In this document: piece after piece, positions 20,401 to 27,379 of the stretch
Numbering within the stretch: the first letter of the stretch is position 1
Layout: each line of letters opens with the position of its first letter
Source of the DNA: Candidatus Poribacteria bacterium
GTDB lineage: Bacteria > Poribacteria > WGA-4E > PCPOR2b
Assembly: GCA_965116925.1 (NCBI GenBank)
Contig: OZ220744.1
Location: 6,302,589-6,366,588, forward strand
Direction: 5' to 3'
DNA length: 64,000 nucleotides
Translations under genes and position numbers: made by a program
Notes under the pieces: generated by a model
Databases searched by the model: none
What the model saw: only the letters and a program-made list of their open reading frames with translations
What the model was told of the DNA's origin: nothing

Positions 20401-21955
20401 GTCAATCCTAACACCCGCCCCTGGGCAGGTGGTTGACCCCGATCAACCGTTGACCATCTCCGCCGCCCTTTCGGGTAACGGTGAAATCACTATCTCCGAG
20501 TTCTCACTTAAGCGTCCAGGGGCAGCCCAGCTAATCCATATGATCGTTCCTAACGAGAATAACGTGCTGACCCCTAAGCGCGTGCGCGCTTCTGACGCGA
20601 ATAACATGCTGACCTATACGCTCGCTTCTGACGCGAATAACATGCTGACCTATACGCTCGCTTCTGACGATCTTGATAGTATGTTCGACCGTGGTGCGGG
20701 TAACACCGTAACCATCAAGATTGTTGATGAGGAGGGGAACACCGCCGAAGCGACATCAACCTTTACACTCGCTTTGGATATCACCCCACCGGTGGTTGCC
20801 ACCTACTCACCGCTCGGTATCATTCGGACCGATAGGCCCATAGCTGCCGCAACGGTGACCGATGAATCGGGCATTGATACAAGCAGCCTGACAATTATCA
20901 TCGCAGGAGTGCCAGGTAACCAAGGCACTGGAAGGCGTTCCAGCCCGACCTCTACGACTGTTACATTTACGCCGAGCATCTCCGTAGACCCAGGTCCCTA
21001 CACAGCACGGGTTACGGTTCTAGATGTGCACGGCAACCGAACTGAGGTGGAGTGGCAGTTCACAGTCGAACTGGATGTAACGCCACCGGCGATAACGACC
21101 AGTTCACCGCAAGGCATCATTCGTTCGGATAAGCCGGTTATTGCGGTCTCCGCTAGCGATGATATGTCCGGCGTCGATACCATCGAAATCGGCGTGAAAG
21201 GCGAAGGGAATCAAGCGGTCGAAGGCGTCACCTCTGTCCGTTCTGATAAGACCGCAGCGACCTTTACACCGACCGCGGCATTGACAAGTGGAATATACAC
21301 CGTTAATGTGACAGTGGCGGATGTGGCGGGTAACGAGGCGTCAGCGCAATGGCAATTTACCGTTGAGCTTGACACGATAGCACCGAGTATTTTCGACACG
21401 CGCCCGTCGCAGGAACATACCGAAAATCGGAGGCCCACCATCTCGGCGACCTACACCGATAATATGTCGGGTGTTGACGCTGGATCGGTGAAGCTCACGC
21501 TTGATGGTAGCCCTGTTGAACCGGACGCACTGTCAGATACTCAGGTGGTGTTCACACCCAAGCAGGACCTGACCTTTGATCAGCATACGCTCAGACTCCA
21601 AGTTTCCGACAACGCAGGGAACATGGCGGAACAGGAGTGGGTCTTCTACGTTGAGCGGATGGGAATTGCCGACGCACGGAACTATCCGAACCCATTTGAT
21701 CATGAGACCACGATTGCCTTTAGGGTTTCGAGGCAGGCGAGCATCTCCGTCCGGATTTATGACTTCACCGGCAGGCTTGTCGCACAACCTATCACAAATA
21801 GCGTCTACGAGGCGGGTCTAGTCGAGATCGATTGGCACGGTGAAACCGATGCGGGGGATCACCTCGCACGAGGGGTGTACTTCTGCCATATCCTCATGGA
21901 AAGCGAGCTAGAACCTCAATCTGCTATTCTCAAGATGGCAATTATCAGCGAATAG
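14423..21955 (+). CDS. Giant secreted adhesin-like protein (about 2,510 aa) with invasin/Big-type and carboxypeptidase-regulatory-like domains and a C-terminal FlgD-Ig/T9SS-like domain
   Basis: RBS aggagg, signal peptide ending TAHG|Q; invasin-like GxVGxV..GxYTATY motifs; three D.TPP...P Ig repeats near the C-terminus; tail ARNYPNPF...RIYDFTGRLV...WHGETDAGDHLARGVYF...LKMAII. Confidence 0.85.
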   Translation: MSSKKLAYLLTVLIVCGFIATGTAHGQAFGTVIIKGTVTNPDGTAAAGLRIDAEPQGIFQSSVSRDNGTFTVSTPRGAAQGKLSIGDTITLTVRNVDNNIVATERITIAAADLAGNTVIIDVAIQLRDSGIDISLDPATPYGSGTNETTVTVTVIDEGTGVTGDTVTIDSAGTGTVGAVTEVGNGVYTATYTTPIILGEIPASLTITARSSTTSLEGSFNTVVLPPPTTVMVEVAPSSFMADTPGTTGIVTVTVRKAVAVTDETVELTLSPQVGELSTVTNNLDGTYTAIYTSGAIAAPAVTLRATATRSGAFDEATIVINAGPPAAIALSASPMTVSSLGSSTVTAMVTDASGNPVGALTLTATTTGGGTVGDFTPAAFGTYTATYSAPIVDAEGTEMITVSTAGISETLMLDLTPEPPIDVSSIIIEGTVYKEDGEVPADGVAVTVTIGSNPSDTDTTDMNGGYSSGAVVPGGVAATTGNIVAITVANANVVSLEVNGITHSGSQFPLGNDILERVQAGELVTVNVTTDIFIPPRSVSLLTVQGTVFKESSTAPAGGGLEVTVTVGSHPPEMDTTDPSGFYSVGFVTPGTPVAETGDAILVEVRDGSGVRSKPLPPKEATLSNTDLETYLTGAAIVTRNVDTNIKVSSNLLVVEGTVYLKNGDTPVAAMSGLRETDLTVVVTNTTRGNLEESVPVRDDGTYGVVFQALGGAAVAETGDELTVEVQNEAGRAVGSEPHTLTGAEVQAAKAEVDVQTAARAVVNTLHVIGDVVNAGGSPAAGVQVTISVIMDGNVVDQRTPTTDDFGDYEEFFLKLGPPLAATGDSLLIQALDANQFRGQHEVILSSHQLLDQRVEVPSIELSAPFLKLGGLSINPHYTGIQDPIIQQLLGIDLPGLATAAGELAGETIGINPLVALPPSALLLISPILAAIGTFQLELPPEFDPDSDKIAQESFGNSITTRPTAWAALPAAARTPGRWVNGDQLNLYISGASTIDEVTFTLNNGTQSEQGHRVLPGETFNYTFQLEEELIALFDGHVGGLGAVQLMIDGHLSAYDMVRSDTGVWSAEAPLSPGEHVSYYYMIKLARPYVDPLGGLTITEFPLIDPRNRQVRTDGLSQLLEALLRSELSELAGVRSVFKVPEVTPQQSLWVARFNLATNTDGPYTLDVDVDYRGGYSESITADFILDQTAPTADVALNLSEPGMNAGMYMRPDGTYVATGPEPGEASLTVSIPSATSNELDGMAGYLFQLARLDAAGNPGTWNPVVTADLLPLDLDKLLNDPASVLPLTGGSPIDMLIRNSEGGALYGRYGLRAVGIDTLLNMDSGKGHDVTVELVRPDPDILEVTSVHADFNGDGAIGADEMQSAAGDVAVFSGTSATLIVDVIKQTHGVKSVAFEVEIPGVGSQQVDMFSGDQLAAMGNHFPVTLPVPDIPALPDRGVQMMLRTVTTNRLNVVNTQEVSLIYQRRTPPEVSAVHTTVKDRHPVSDAAQGLIAVSAFTQAMTSPDAGVVQFEYRRTADADWIPLPGGIVQMADTQVISHVQIAIIEDLVDAIIDGAPTAPISPLYREWSHTFDSAMLEDTIADDGPDASQDDNPYVVRAIVLDKDNAKYESGATDGFSLDNYSPTEITQVANEVDMVAPGEDGSYHVSGLIAEGVPDPMLKLTAWTGAHPNAFTGGIKLAINDAAGEAVAIDETAFSPAGNHNYMANFNLGSIPNGMYTFMAVGHTADGAVEERIVAMAINVEVGNFTPPENFADPTVDILSVVNTRGDAHSPSEIDAQYVTGFPAIGDEVCVTLIVPNVIADDVDVLIGDDGMSAMMMGALTVMAPDANNNISVCLDTSGLDEGMYGLVGMVNKPNGSAAFGLPSIQVDRSAPVIEIVSPLEGHQVSSLPTVQVAYSDATGFDPEKRDPRAIEITLTRLGSHKEVATNPEMIRAVTATGEVLTQSGSISYTHDDPLSGGAYRIDVSVTDTLGHTGTAESVEFTSSGVEAGVSILTPAPGQVVDPDQPLTISAALSGNGEITISEFSLKRPGAAQLIHMIVPNENNVLTPKRVRASDANNMLTYTLASDANNMLTYTLASDDLDSMFDRGAGNTVTIKIVDEEGNTAEATSTFTLALDITPPVVATYSPLGIIRTDRPIAAATVTDESGIDTSSLTIIIAGVPGNQGTGRRSSPTSTTVTFTPSISVDPGPYTARVTVLDVHGNRTEVEWQFTVELDVTPPAITTSSPQGIIRSDKPVIAVSASDDMSGVDTIEIGVKGEGNQAVEGVTSVRSDKTAATFTPTAALTSGIYTVNVTVADVAGNEASAQWQFTVELDTIAPSIFDTRPSQEHTENRRPTISATYTDNMSGVDAGSVKLTLDGSPVEPDALSDTQVVFTPKQDLTFDQHTLRLQVSDNAGNMAEQEWVFYVERMGIADARNYPNPFDHETTIAFRVSRQASISVRIYDFTGRLVAQPITNSVYEAGLVEIDWHGETDAGDHLARGVYFCHILMESELEPQSAILKMAIISE
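20587..20669 (+). repeat. Perfect in-frame 36-bp tandem duplication (ASDANNMLTYTL x2.3)
   Basis: cgcttctgacgcgaataacatgctgacctatacgct at 20587 and 20623, partial copy at 20659. Confidence 0.9.
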
Positions 21956-22033
21956 CAACATTCACTATCTCCTCTGACTCGGAATCCAGCCGATTCCGGG
22001 TCGGAGGATTTGCCTTCATAAAGGAGGGAGACA

Positions 22034-22957
22034 ATGTTTCAAATTAAGCATAAAGTACTATTCAGTTCAATTGGGCTTTTTGCCCTGGCAGTTTTGCTTG
22101 CACCTGTCTGCTTCGCCGGCGTGAATGCTGCACCCCATCTTGGGATGGGTAGCGGTGCACGGGCCCTCGGCTTGGGTGGTGCGTTTACCGCTGTCGCTGA
22201 CGATGCAACTTCAACAATATGGAATCCCGCCGGGTTACCGGCTGTGGATGACTTAACAGTAACCCTAGCTTCTGCGCCAATGTCGCTTGATAGAAGGCAC
22301 AGCTTTATCGGCTTGATAAAAAGAGTTGGCAAAGGCGGGCTGGGACTATCGGCAATCAATGCGGGTGTCGATGATATAGCTGGCTATGACAGTAATGGTC
22401 GATCGACCGGTTCATTTGGCTATAATTCTAATGCCTTTGCCCTATCCTACGGTCATCACCTAGGTGTCGTAGCTCTCGGCGCAAGCGCACGCATGTATAT
22501 GGATACGATTGATGATTCGAGTACAAGCGGTTTCGCCGGTGCCGATATCGGGGTTCTCGGAGGTAACAGCGCCCGGACCTTCAGCTACGGCATCGCGGCT
22601 AGGAATCTTGGCGGTGCAATCGGTGACAACGAGTTGCCCATCATAGTCGCAGGCGGGCTTTCCTATCGTGTGCTGGACAAAAACGTCGCAACCTTCTCTG
22701 TCGATGTGCAACACCAGGTCGTTGACCTGCCAGAATCCGCAACCAGTCTTCATCTTGGGACCGAGTACCTGATCGCAAACACCTTTGCAATTCGGGGCGG
22801 CAGCAGGCTGACCGTCGATCGCACGCAGCTGTTCCTCGGATTTGGTGCTAGCGTCGGCGGACTGCAATTCGATTACGCTTTGAAAGCCGTTGAGAGTGCT
22901 GTCTATGATGACATTGCTGGCGGTACGCACTTTGTATCAATCTCTTATAGCTACTAA
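22034..22957 (+). CDS. PorV/PorQ (UPF0164)-like outer-membrane beta-barrel
   Basis: Signal peptide, family motif GARALGLGGAFTAVADDATSTIWNPAGL, amphipathic strands, terminal aromatic beta-signal (SISYSY). Confidence 0.75.
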   Translation: MFQIKHKVLFSSIGLFALAVLLAPVCFAGVNAAPHLGMGSGARALGLGGAFTAVADDATSTIWNPAGLPAVDDLTVTLASAPMSLDRRHSFIGLIKRVGKGGLGLSAINAGVDDIAGYDSNGRSTGSFGYNSNAFALSYGHHLGVVALGASARMYMDTIDDSSTSGFAGADIGVLGGNSARTFSYGIAARNLGGAIGDNELPIIVAGGLSYRVLDKNVATFSVDVQHQVVDLPESATSLHLGTEYLIANTFAIRGGSRLTVDRTQLFLGFGASVGGLQFDYALKAVESAVYDDIAGGTHFVSISYSY

Positions 22958-22967
22958 TTCTAACGAC

Positions 22968-23040
22968 ACGACCAACCCGGTAGGTGCGGTTTCCAACCGC
23001 ACCGGTTTGGAATGTGTCATTAGTTCTAATATCCACTATA
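22968..23040. mobile_element. Partial TATAGT...ACTATA-family MITE carrying a GTAG-REP
   Basis: gtaggtgcggtttccaaccgcacc followed by the ...atccactata end; flanked by the direct repeat taattctaacgac (22955 and 23039). Confidence 0.6.
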
Positions 23041-23077
23041 ATTCTAACGACCCGATTATACTAAAGGAGCATACCCT

Positions 23078-23935
23078 ATGAAGACGATGAAATCAATCCT
23101 GCGCTTCTCGCTTATCCTCTATCTCTGTGTGCTTTTGACAGGGGCATCCTATATCCTCACCGCCTCTGCCAAAATTACCCCCCATCCGGACATGGAGGGT
23201 ACAGACCTTATCACCATTGTTAAGGGTGATACCCTCTGGGATCTCGCCGCAAAGCATTTAGAAAACTCACGTGCATGGCCAGAATTCAGACAGTACAACA
23301 CCTTTAGCGATCCTGACCGAATCTACCCCGGCGAGATGATGCGAATCCCAGTCGAGATGGTGATGGAGATGGTTGACGATGCCGTCAAGGAAGACATGGT
23401 CACCCTAGCAGAGCTTGAGGCGATTAAGACGGAGCTCGCTGCCATGGAAGCCAGAGCGATGGCCGCGGAAGAGGCTACCGGTGTCACCGCCGCTGATGTC
23501 ACTGCGATTAAAAAGATGGTTGATGACCTGATCGCCCAGCAGAAGAAGGTTAAAAGCGGACTCATGGAACTGAAAACTGAGGTCGCGGAGAGCCAAGCAA
23601 ACGCCATTAGCGAAATCAATGGTGCCCTGATGGAACACGCTGAAGCTAGCAAAATGGCAATCTCGAAGGTTCAGGAAGAGGTCGAAGGGGCACGTGGAGA
23701 CATTAAAGCACTCCGCCAGACGGTGAAAGACAAACATAAAGCCGGTATGGAAGCGCACAAAGCGTCCGAAGAGAAGCTCGCAGCAGGGATTCAGGCGAAT
23801 GCAGATAGCCTTGACAAACTCCACACGATGCACAGAGGTGCCACAGAGGAGCCGAACAAATCGAAACGTACGCTCGCATTCCTGACCGCATTGGCGGGCA
23901 CAGCCGCTTGGTTTGCTATTAGTGCTATGGAGTAA
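23078..23935 (+). CDS. LysM peptidoglycan-binding protein with coiled coil and hydrophobic C-terminus
   Basis: Signal peptide, LysM motif IVKGDTLWDLA...DPDRIYPGEMMRIP, long helical region, hydrophobic C-terminal segment. Confidence 0.8.
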   Translation: MKTMKSILRFSLILYLCVLLTGASYILTASAKITPHPDMEGTDLITIVKGDTLWDLAAKHLENSRAWPEFRQYNTFSDPDRIYPGEMMRIPVEMVMEMVDDAVKEDMVTLAELEAIKTELAAMEARAMAAEEATGVTAADVTAIKKMVDDLIAQQKKVKSGLMELKTEVAESQANAISEINGALMEHAEASKMAISKVQEEVEGARGDIKALRQTVKDKHKAGMEAHKASEEKLAAGIQANADSLDKLHTMHRGATEEPNKSKRTLAFLTALAGTAAWFAISAME

Positions 23936-23966
23936 TTCTTCTAAAACAACACGCTTTAATATTCGA

Positions 23967-24000
23967 GCAGGGATGGTGCATGCACTATCCCTGCTTTTTT
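23967..24000 (+). terminator. Rho-independent terminator after the LysM gene
   Basis: gcagggatggtgca-tgcactatccctgc stem followed by a T run. Confidence 0.75.
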
Positions 24001-24049
24001 GTTTCAAGAGTTCATTAGTAATGAGGTTTCAGAATTCTCCCCAGGCCCG

Positions 24050-24073
24050 GTAGGTGCGGTTTTCAACCGCACC
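24050..24073 (+). repeat. GTAG-REP upstream of the RAYT remnant
   Basis: GTAGgtgcggttttcaaccgcacc; inverted partners at 24439-24462 and about 24533-24556. Confidence 0.8.
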
Positions 24074-24104
24074 GGATTCGTTCGACGAGGGAGAAAAACC
24101 AAAC

Positions 24105-24260
24105 ATGAACACCGCTGCCAAACATCGAAGCCACAACCTCCGCAAAGGCAGGGCTTCAATACAAGGCACATATTACCACATCATCATCTGTACATACCAG
24201 CGACAGAAGATTCTAATGGACCCCACAATTGCATCGATTATTTTCAAAGCGGTTGGATGA
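24105..24260 (+). pseudogene. N-terminal fragment of a REP-associated tyrosine transposase (RAYT/TnpA-REP)
   Basis: HNLRKGRASIQGTYYHIIICTYQRQKIL resembles the RAYT N-terminus (LRxGR...GxxYxxTxxTxxR); stops after 51 aa, HUH motif and catalytic Tyr absent; flanked by inverted REPs. Confidence 0.65.
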
Positions 24261-24273
24261 AAATTAAAAAAAT

Positions 24274-24405
24274 GGCTCATGTAAAAAGAAGGTGCAAAAC
24301 ACGAAGCGAAATCGTAGGGGCGGGGTCTCCCCGCCCGCCGTAAGGGTTGGGGGACCCAACCCCTACGAATATTCGGTTTCTTTGCACTAACTCTTAACAT
24401 GAGCG
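24274..24405. mobile_element. About 131-bp MITE (GGCTCATGT...ACATGAGCG) carrying an inverted REP doublet
   Basis: Reverse complement of 60416-60546; flanks AAAAAAAT/AAAAAAAC match at 7 of 8 bases, consistent with an 8-bp TSD. Confidence 0.8.
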
Positions 24406-24495
24406 AAAAAAACAGTTCGGTAATTTGCTAGCGACGCCGGCGCGGTTGAAAACCGCGCCTACCGTATGTTTCGAGGAAAATAGGGATTACCGATT

Positions 24496-24580
24496 TATAG
24501 TGGACCTTAGAATTAATGAGACACGCCAAACCGGTGCGGTTGAAAACCGCCCCTACCCGGGCCCGGGGAAAATATAGAAT
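24496..24580. mobile_element. TATAGT-family MITE copy with REP cargo (right end degenerate)
   Basis: tatagtggaccttagaattaatgagacacgccaaaccggtgcggttgaaaaccgcccctac. Confidence 0.6.
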
Positions 24581-24616
24581 TATTGATTGCACCAATGAAC
24601 CGACAAACCAACAGAT

Positions 24617-25216
24617 ATGATCGAATCCAAACAATTCCAAAACACAATCTGTCGCTTTATCGAACTCTATGGGGACCGAACCGAAGGGGTCGGAGATGAG
24701 ATCCACGCCGGGCTAGCATGGATTGATAAAACTAAATTTGTCCTGATAGGAGGTGCCGATACAGCCACACTCTACCCGCCCAGTTGGCGGCGTGTCTCGC
24801 GGTTGTTCGACCTTGCCGAGCAACTTCATCGACCTGTGCTATTGTGGGATGTCCCATTCCAGGCGGACACGGCCAATCCAACCGGCACCCTCCTACACCG
24901 GAGCGCAGCGCAAAATAGTCAGTTACATCTGTTGAAGTTGCCTGTCCCCATTATCGGCGTCTTTGACAGCTTACCGCTCCAACCTGAATTCGCCTCGGTT
25001 GATGCCGCGATCCTCGTACAACAGGGGGAGGCAGCCTCACAGCCAAAGCCTTCACAGGATCCCCCCTCCCCGATTTTGGTTAAGGTCATAGACGATCCGT
25101 CCCGCCTCAAATCAGATATTCTGGAACTACTCAACCACCTGTCAACCCTTCCGATCGAGAGGTTGGTGGATCAACGATTAAATAGTGTCCGCCAAGCCGT
25201 TGGAGGCGTTCCCTAA
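24617..25216 (+). CDS. Divergent, shortened homolog of acetyl-CoA carboxylase carboxyltransferase alpha
   Basis: FIELYGDR...IHAGLAWID..KFVLIG and LAEQLHRPVLLWD resemble AccA; the DTPGA and GGSGGAL motifs are missing. Confidence 0.55.
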   Translation: MIESKQFQNTICRFIELYGDRTEGVGDEIHAGLAWIDKTKFVLIGGADTATLYPPSWRRVSRLFDLAEQLHRPVLLWDVPFQADTANPTGTLLHRSAAQNSQLHLLKLPVPIIGVFDSLPLQPEFASVDAAILVQQGEAASQPKPSQDPPSPILVKVIDDPSRLKSDILELLNHLSTLPIERLVDQRLNSVRQAVGGVP

Positions 25217-25242
25217 TCTCGAAATGACCCGATAGAGCGGAT

Positions 25243-25365
25243 TAGGGTCATTTAATTCTTCCGCAGCTCGATGTCTTGGTTAACGCAACGGCGGGGCAAG
25301 ATGCCCCGCCTACGGGTTCGGGTCGTTCCAAAATCGGTCAAAAAACCAAAAACTAAATGACCCGA
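25243..25365. mobile_element. TAGGGTCATTT-family MITE (123 bp) with REP cargo
   Basis: TAGGGTCATTTA...TAAATGACCCGA ends; flanking direct repeat TAGAGCGGAT; internal ggggcaagatgccccgcctac. Confidence 0.75.
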
Positions 25366-25384
25366 TAGAGCGGATAACTACTTA

Positions 25385-25413
25385 TTGCGTGAAATATCCT
25401 TATCTGTTATAAT
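25385..25413 (+). promoter_or_regulatory. sigma70 promoter
   Basis: TTGCGT-17 bp-TATAAT with TG extended -10; RBS ggagg before ATG 25450. Confidence 0.7.
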
Positions 25414-25449
25414 ACTGATTGATTGTAATCATAAATGGAGGTGGTATGA

Positions 25450-25800
25450 ATGCAAATTAAGGACATACTACAGATAGCATTTTATTCTGTAGCAATCCTG
25501 AGTGCAATTACGGCAGTTATTGCTTATATCAATGGTCTTGGCTCTTCAATCAGAGGACTCGGAGATAGAGTTGATAACCTTGAATCAAAGTTTGAGAGTA
25601 AGTTTGATAACCTTGAATTAAAGTTTGAGAGTAAGTTTGATAACCTTGAATCAAAGTTTGATGACCTTATATCAGAGTTTAAGACCTTTCGGTTGGAAGC
25701 CAAAAATGACCTTAGAGAAGTAAACCAGAGAATTGATGAATCTAACAAGCGAATCGATACACTATTACACCATCTTATTGGAAAGAATCTTGATGACTAA
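25450..25800 (+). CDS. AT-rich small single-TM coiled-coil protein (Bdr/DUF1640-like architecture)
   Basis: N-terminal TM helix, 33-bp FDNLESKFESK repeats, NQRIDESNKRID. Confidence 0.75.
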   Translation: MQIKDILQIAFYSVAILSAITAVIAYINGLGSSIRGLGDRVDNLESKFESKFDNLELKFESKFDNLESKFDDLISEFKTFRLEAKNDLREVNQRIDESNKRIDTLLHHLIGKNLDD

Positions 25801-25808
25801 ACACACTC

Positions 25809-25837
25809 GGCTGGCAGAACAATGCCAGCCTTTTTCA
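25809..25837 (+). terminator. Rho-independent terminator
   Basis: ggctggca-gaacaa-tgccagcc followed by a T run. Confidence 0.7.
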
Positions 25838-25888
25838 CGTCCAAAATTAACGACTCTATACCTAGCAGAGAGATTCGCAAAAAATAAC

Positions 25889-25917
25889 TTGACATCTATA
25901 GTACAATAGCGTAAAAT
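25889..25917 (+). promoter_or_regulatory. sigma70 promoter
   Basis: TTGACA-17 bp-TAAAAT. Confidence 0.7.
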
Positions 25918-25980
25918 TAATCGAGATTTGGCGATTTTGAGAGTGTTATAGCCCCAACTTCAAAAAAGGAGAGACATATC

Positions 25981-26733
25981 ATGAAAATCCAATCACTTTT
26001 CGCCCTGTTGGTGGTGTGTGCATTCGCGTTTCTGACCGTGTATCCTGCCGATGCTATCATCTACGGCAAGCGCGGGGACGATGAAGCCACAATTCCTTGG
26101 GCAGAAGGCATCAAGCATTGGGAGCCGGGCCCCGGCGCACAGTTTGAGATCAAGGGAGATGAACTTGAGCTCCATTCTCAAGGTAACACAGGCCTCTTTT
26201 TCAATCACCCGGATACCAACCCCGCTGAATTGACCGACTATGAGTTAGAAGTGTCTGCGCGAAAAATCGGCGACGATAGCAAATACTTCCATCTCTTCAC
26301 CCGGACCGTTATACCGACCAAAGACTTCTATTTTGTTGAGGTCAGCTACAACTCCAACACCATCTCGATGTATGAATTTAGAGACGGTGGAGCCCATGAG
26401 ATTACCCCCGGCGGTAACGCTGGACGCCCCAAACGACCCGATTCAAAGGATACGAAGGGCGGCGAGCATTACGTCCTTACATTTTCGGCTGAAGGGAATA
26501 TCCTCAAGTACTCGGTTGATGGTAGATTGTCGATCGTAGTACAAAACGATAAGTGGAAAAAAGGTCCTCCGGGAATCGGTGGACGTGGTGGTCAAGTGAA
26601 TTACTACTGGGTCCGTGTTGATTCGTTGCCCGAGCAGGGATTGCAGAATATCCCCTCAACGGACAAACAGTTGTCAGTCGATAGCAAAGGCAAGCTGACC
26701 ACAACATGGGGTAAGCTGAAACGCGGTTTCTAA
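25981..26733 (+). CDS. Secreted DUF1080/concanavalin-like beta-sandwich protein with C-terminal KLTTTWG motif
   Basis: Signal peptide, LTDYELEVSAR...KGPPGIGG pattern, tail LSVDSKGKLTTTWGKLKRGF. Confidence 0.65.
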   Translation: MKIQSLFALLVVCAFAFLTVYPADAIIYGKRGDDEATIPWAEGIKHWEPGPGAQFEIKGDELELHSQGNTGLFFNHPDTNPAELTDYELEVSARKIGDDSKYFHLFTRTVIPTKDFYFVEVSYNSNTISMYEFRDGGAHEITPGGNAGRPKRPDSKDTKGGEHYVLTFSAEGNILKYSVDGRLSIVVQNDKWKKGPPGIGGRGGQVNYYWVRVDSLPEQGLQNIPSTDKQLSVDSKGKLTTTWGKLKRGF

Positions 26734-26758
26734 GAATAAAAACAACACTTGGTACAGC

Positions 26759-26796
26759 AAGGGCGAAGCATCAATAGATGTTCCGCCCTTTTTTTA
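26759..26796 (+). terminator. Rho-independent terminator
   Basis: aagggcgaagcatc...gatgttccgccctt stem followed by a T run. Confidence 0.65.
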
Positions 26797-26905
26797 TAAG
26801 GTTTGTGCCTAAGAGCTCCAGTGCGGTTGGAAACCGCACCTACCGGGGCGAAGCTGCACAACAAAACGCTATCATCTGATTCAGAGAAGGGAGGAGGTAA
26901 TAACT

Positions 26906-27316
26906 ATGGGTGAATGGTCTCCATCGCATTTGATTGTGGCTGCAATCGCAGTGGCGACAATCATCGGTCAACTGATCGTGATACTGACACGCCTGAAAAC
27001 GACAACGGAACGGTTGGAAAAGCAAATCGACAAACAATCGGAGAATATGCGACAGATGGGTGAGACGTTCTTTCACGCGTTAGAACGCCTCGAGGAGCGG
27101 ATGGATAAGCGGTTCGAGGAAGTCAATCGGCGAATTGATGAAACCAATCAGCGAATTGATGAAACCAATCAGCGAATTGACGGTTTGCGGTCAGAAATGA
27201 ATCAACGGTTTTCTGATATGACAACAGAAATGAGCAAACTCAATCAGAATCATATTGATCACTTGAATCAGCATCATGTCCCGCGAAGGGAGGATCCCGA
27301 TGGGATCGGGAGTTGA
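26906..27316 (+). CDS. Small single-TM coiled-coil protein, family B (WSPSH type) copy 2
   Basis: MGEWSPSH, TM helix, 21-bp RIDETNQ repeats, LNQNHIDHLN; RBS ggaggagg; REP gtgcggttggaaaccgcacctac just upstream. Confidence 0.8.
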   Translation: MGEWSPSHLIVAAIAVATIIGQLIVILTRLKTTTERLEKQIDKQSENMRQMGETFFHALERLEERMDKRFEEVNRRIDETNQRIDETNQRIDGLRSEMNQRFSDMTTEMSKLNQNHIDHLNQHHVPRREDPDGIGS

Positions 27317-27379
27317 CATGTTGCGGGGGCTGCCGTTTCCCCCTGTCTCTGCGTCTTTGCGTTAAATCGTGTTCCAGGG

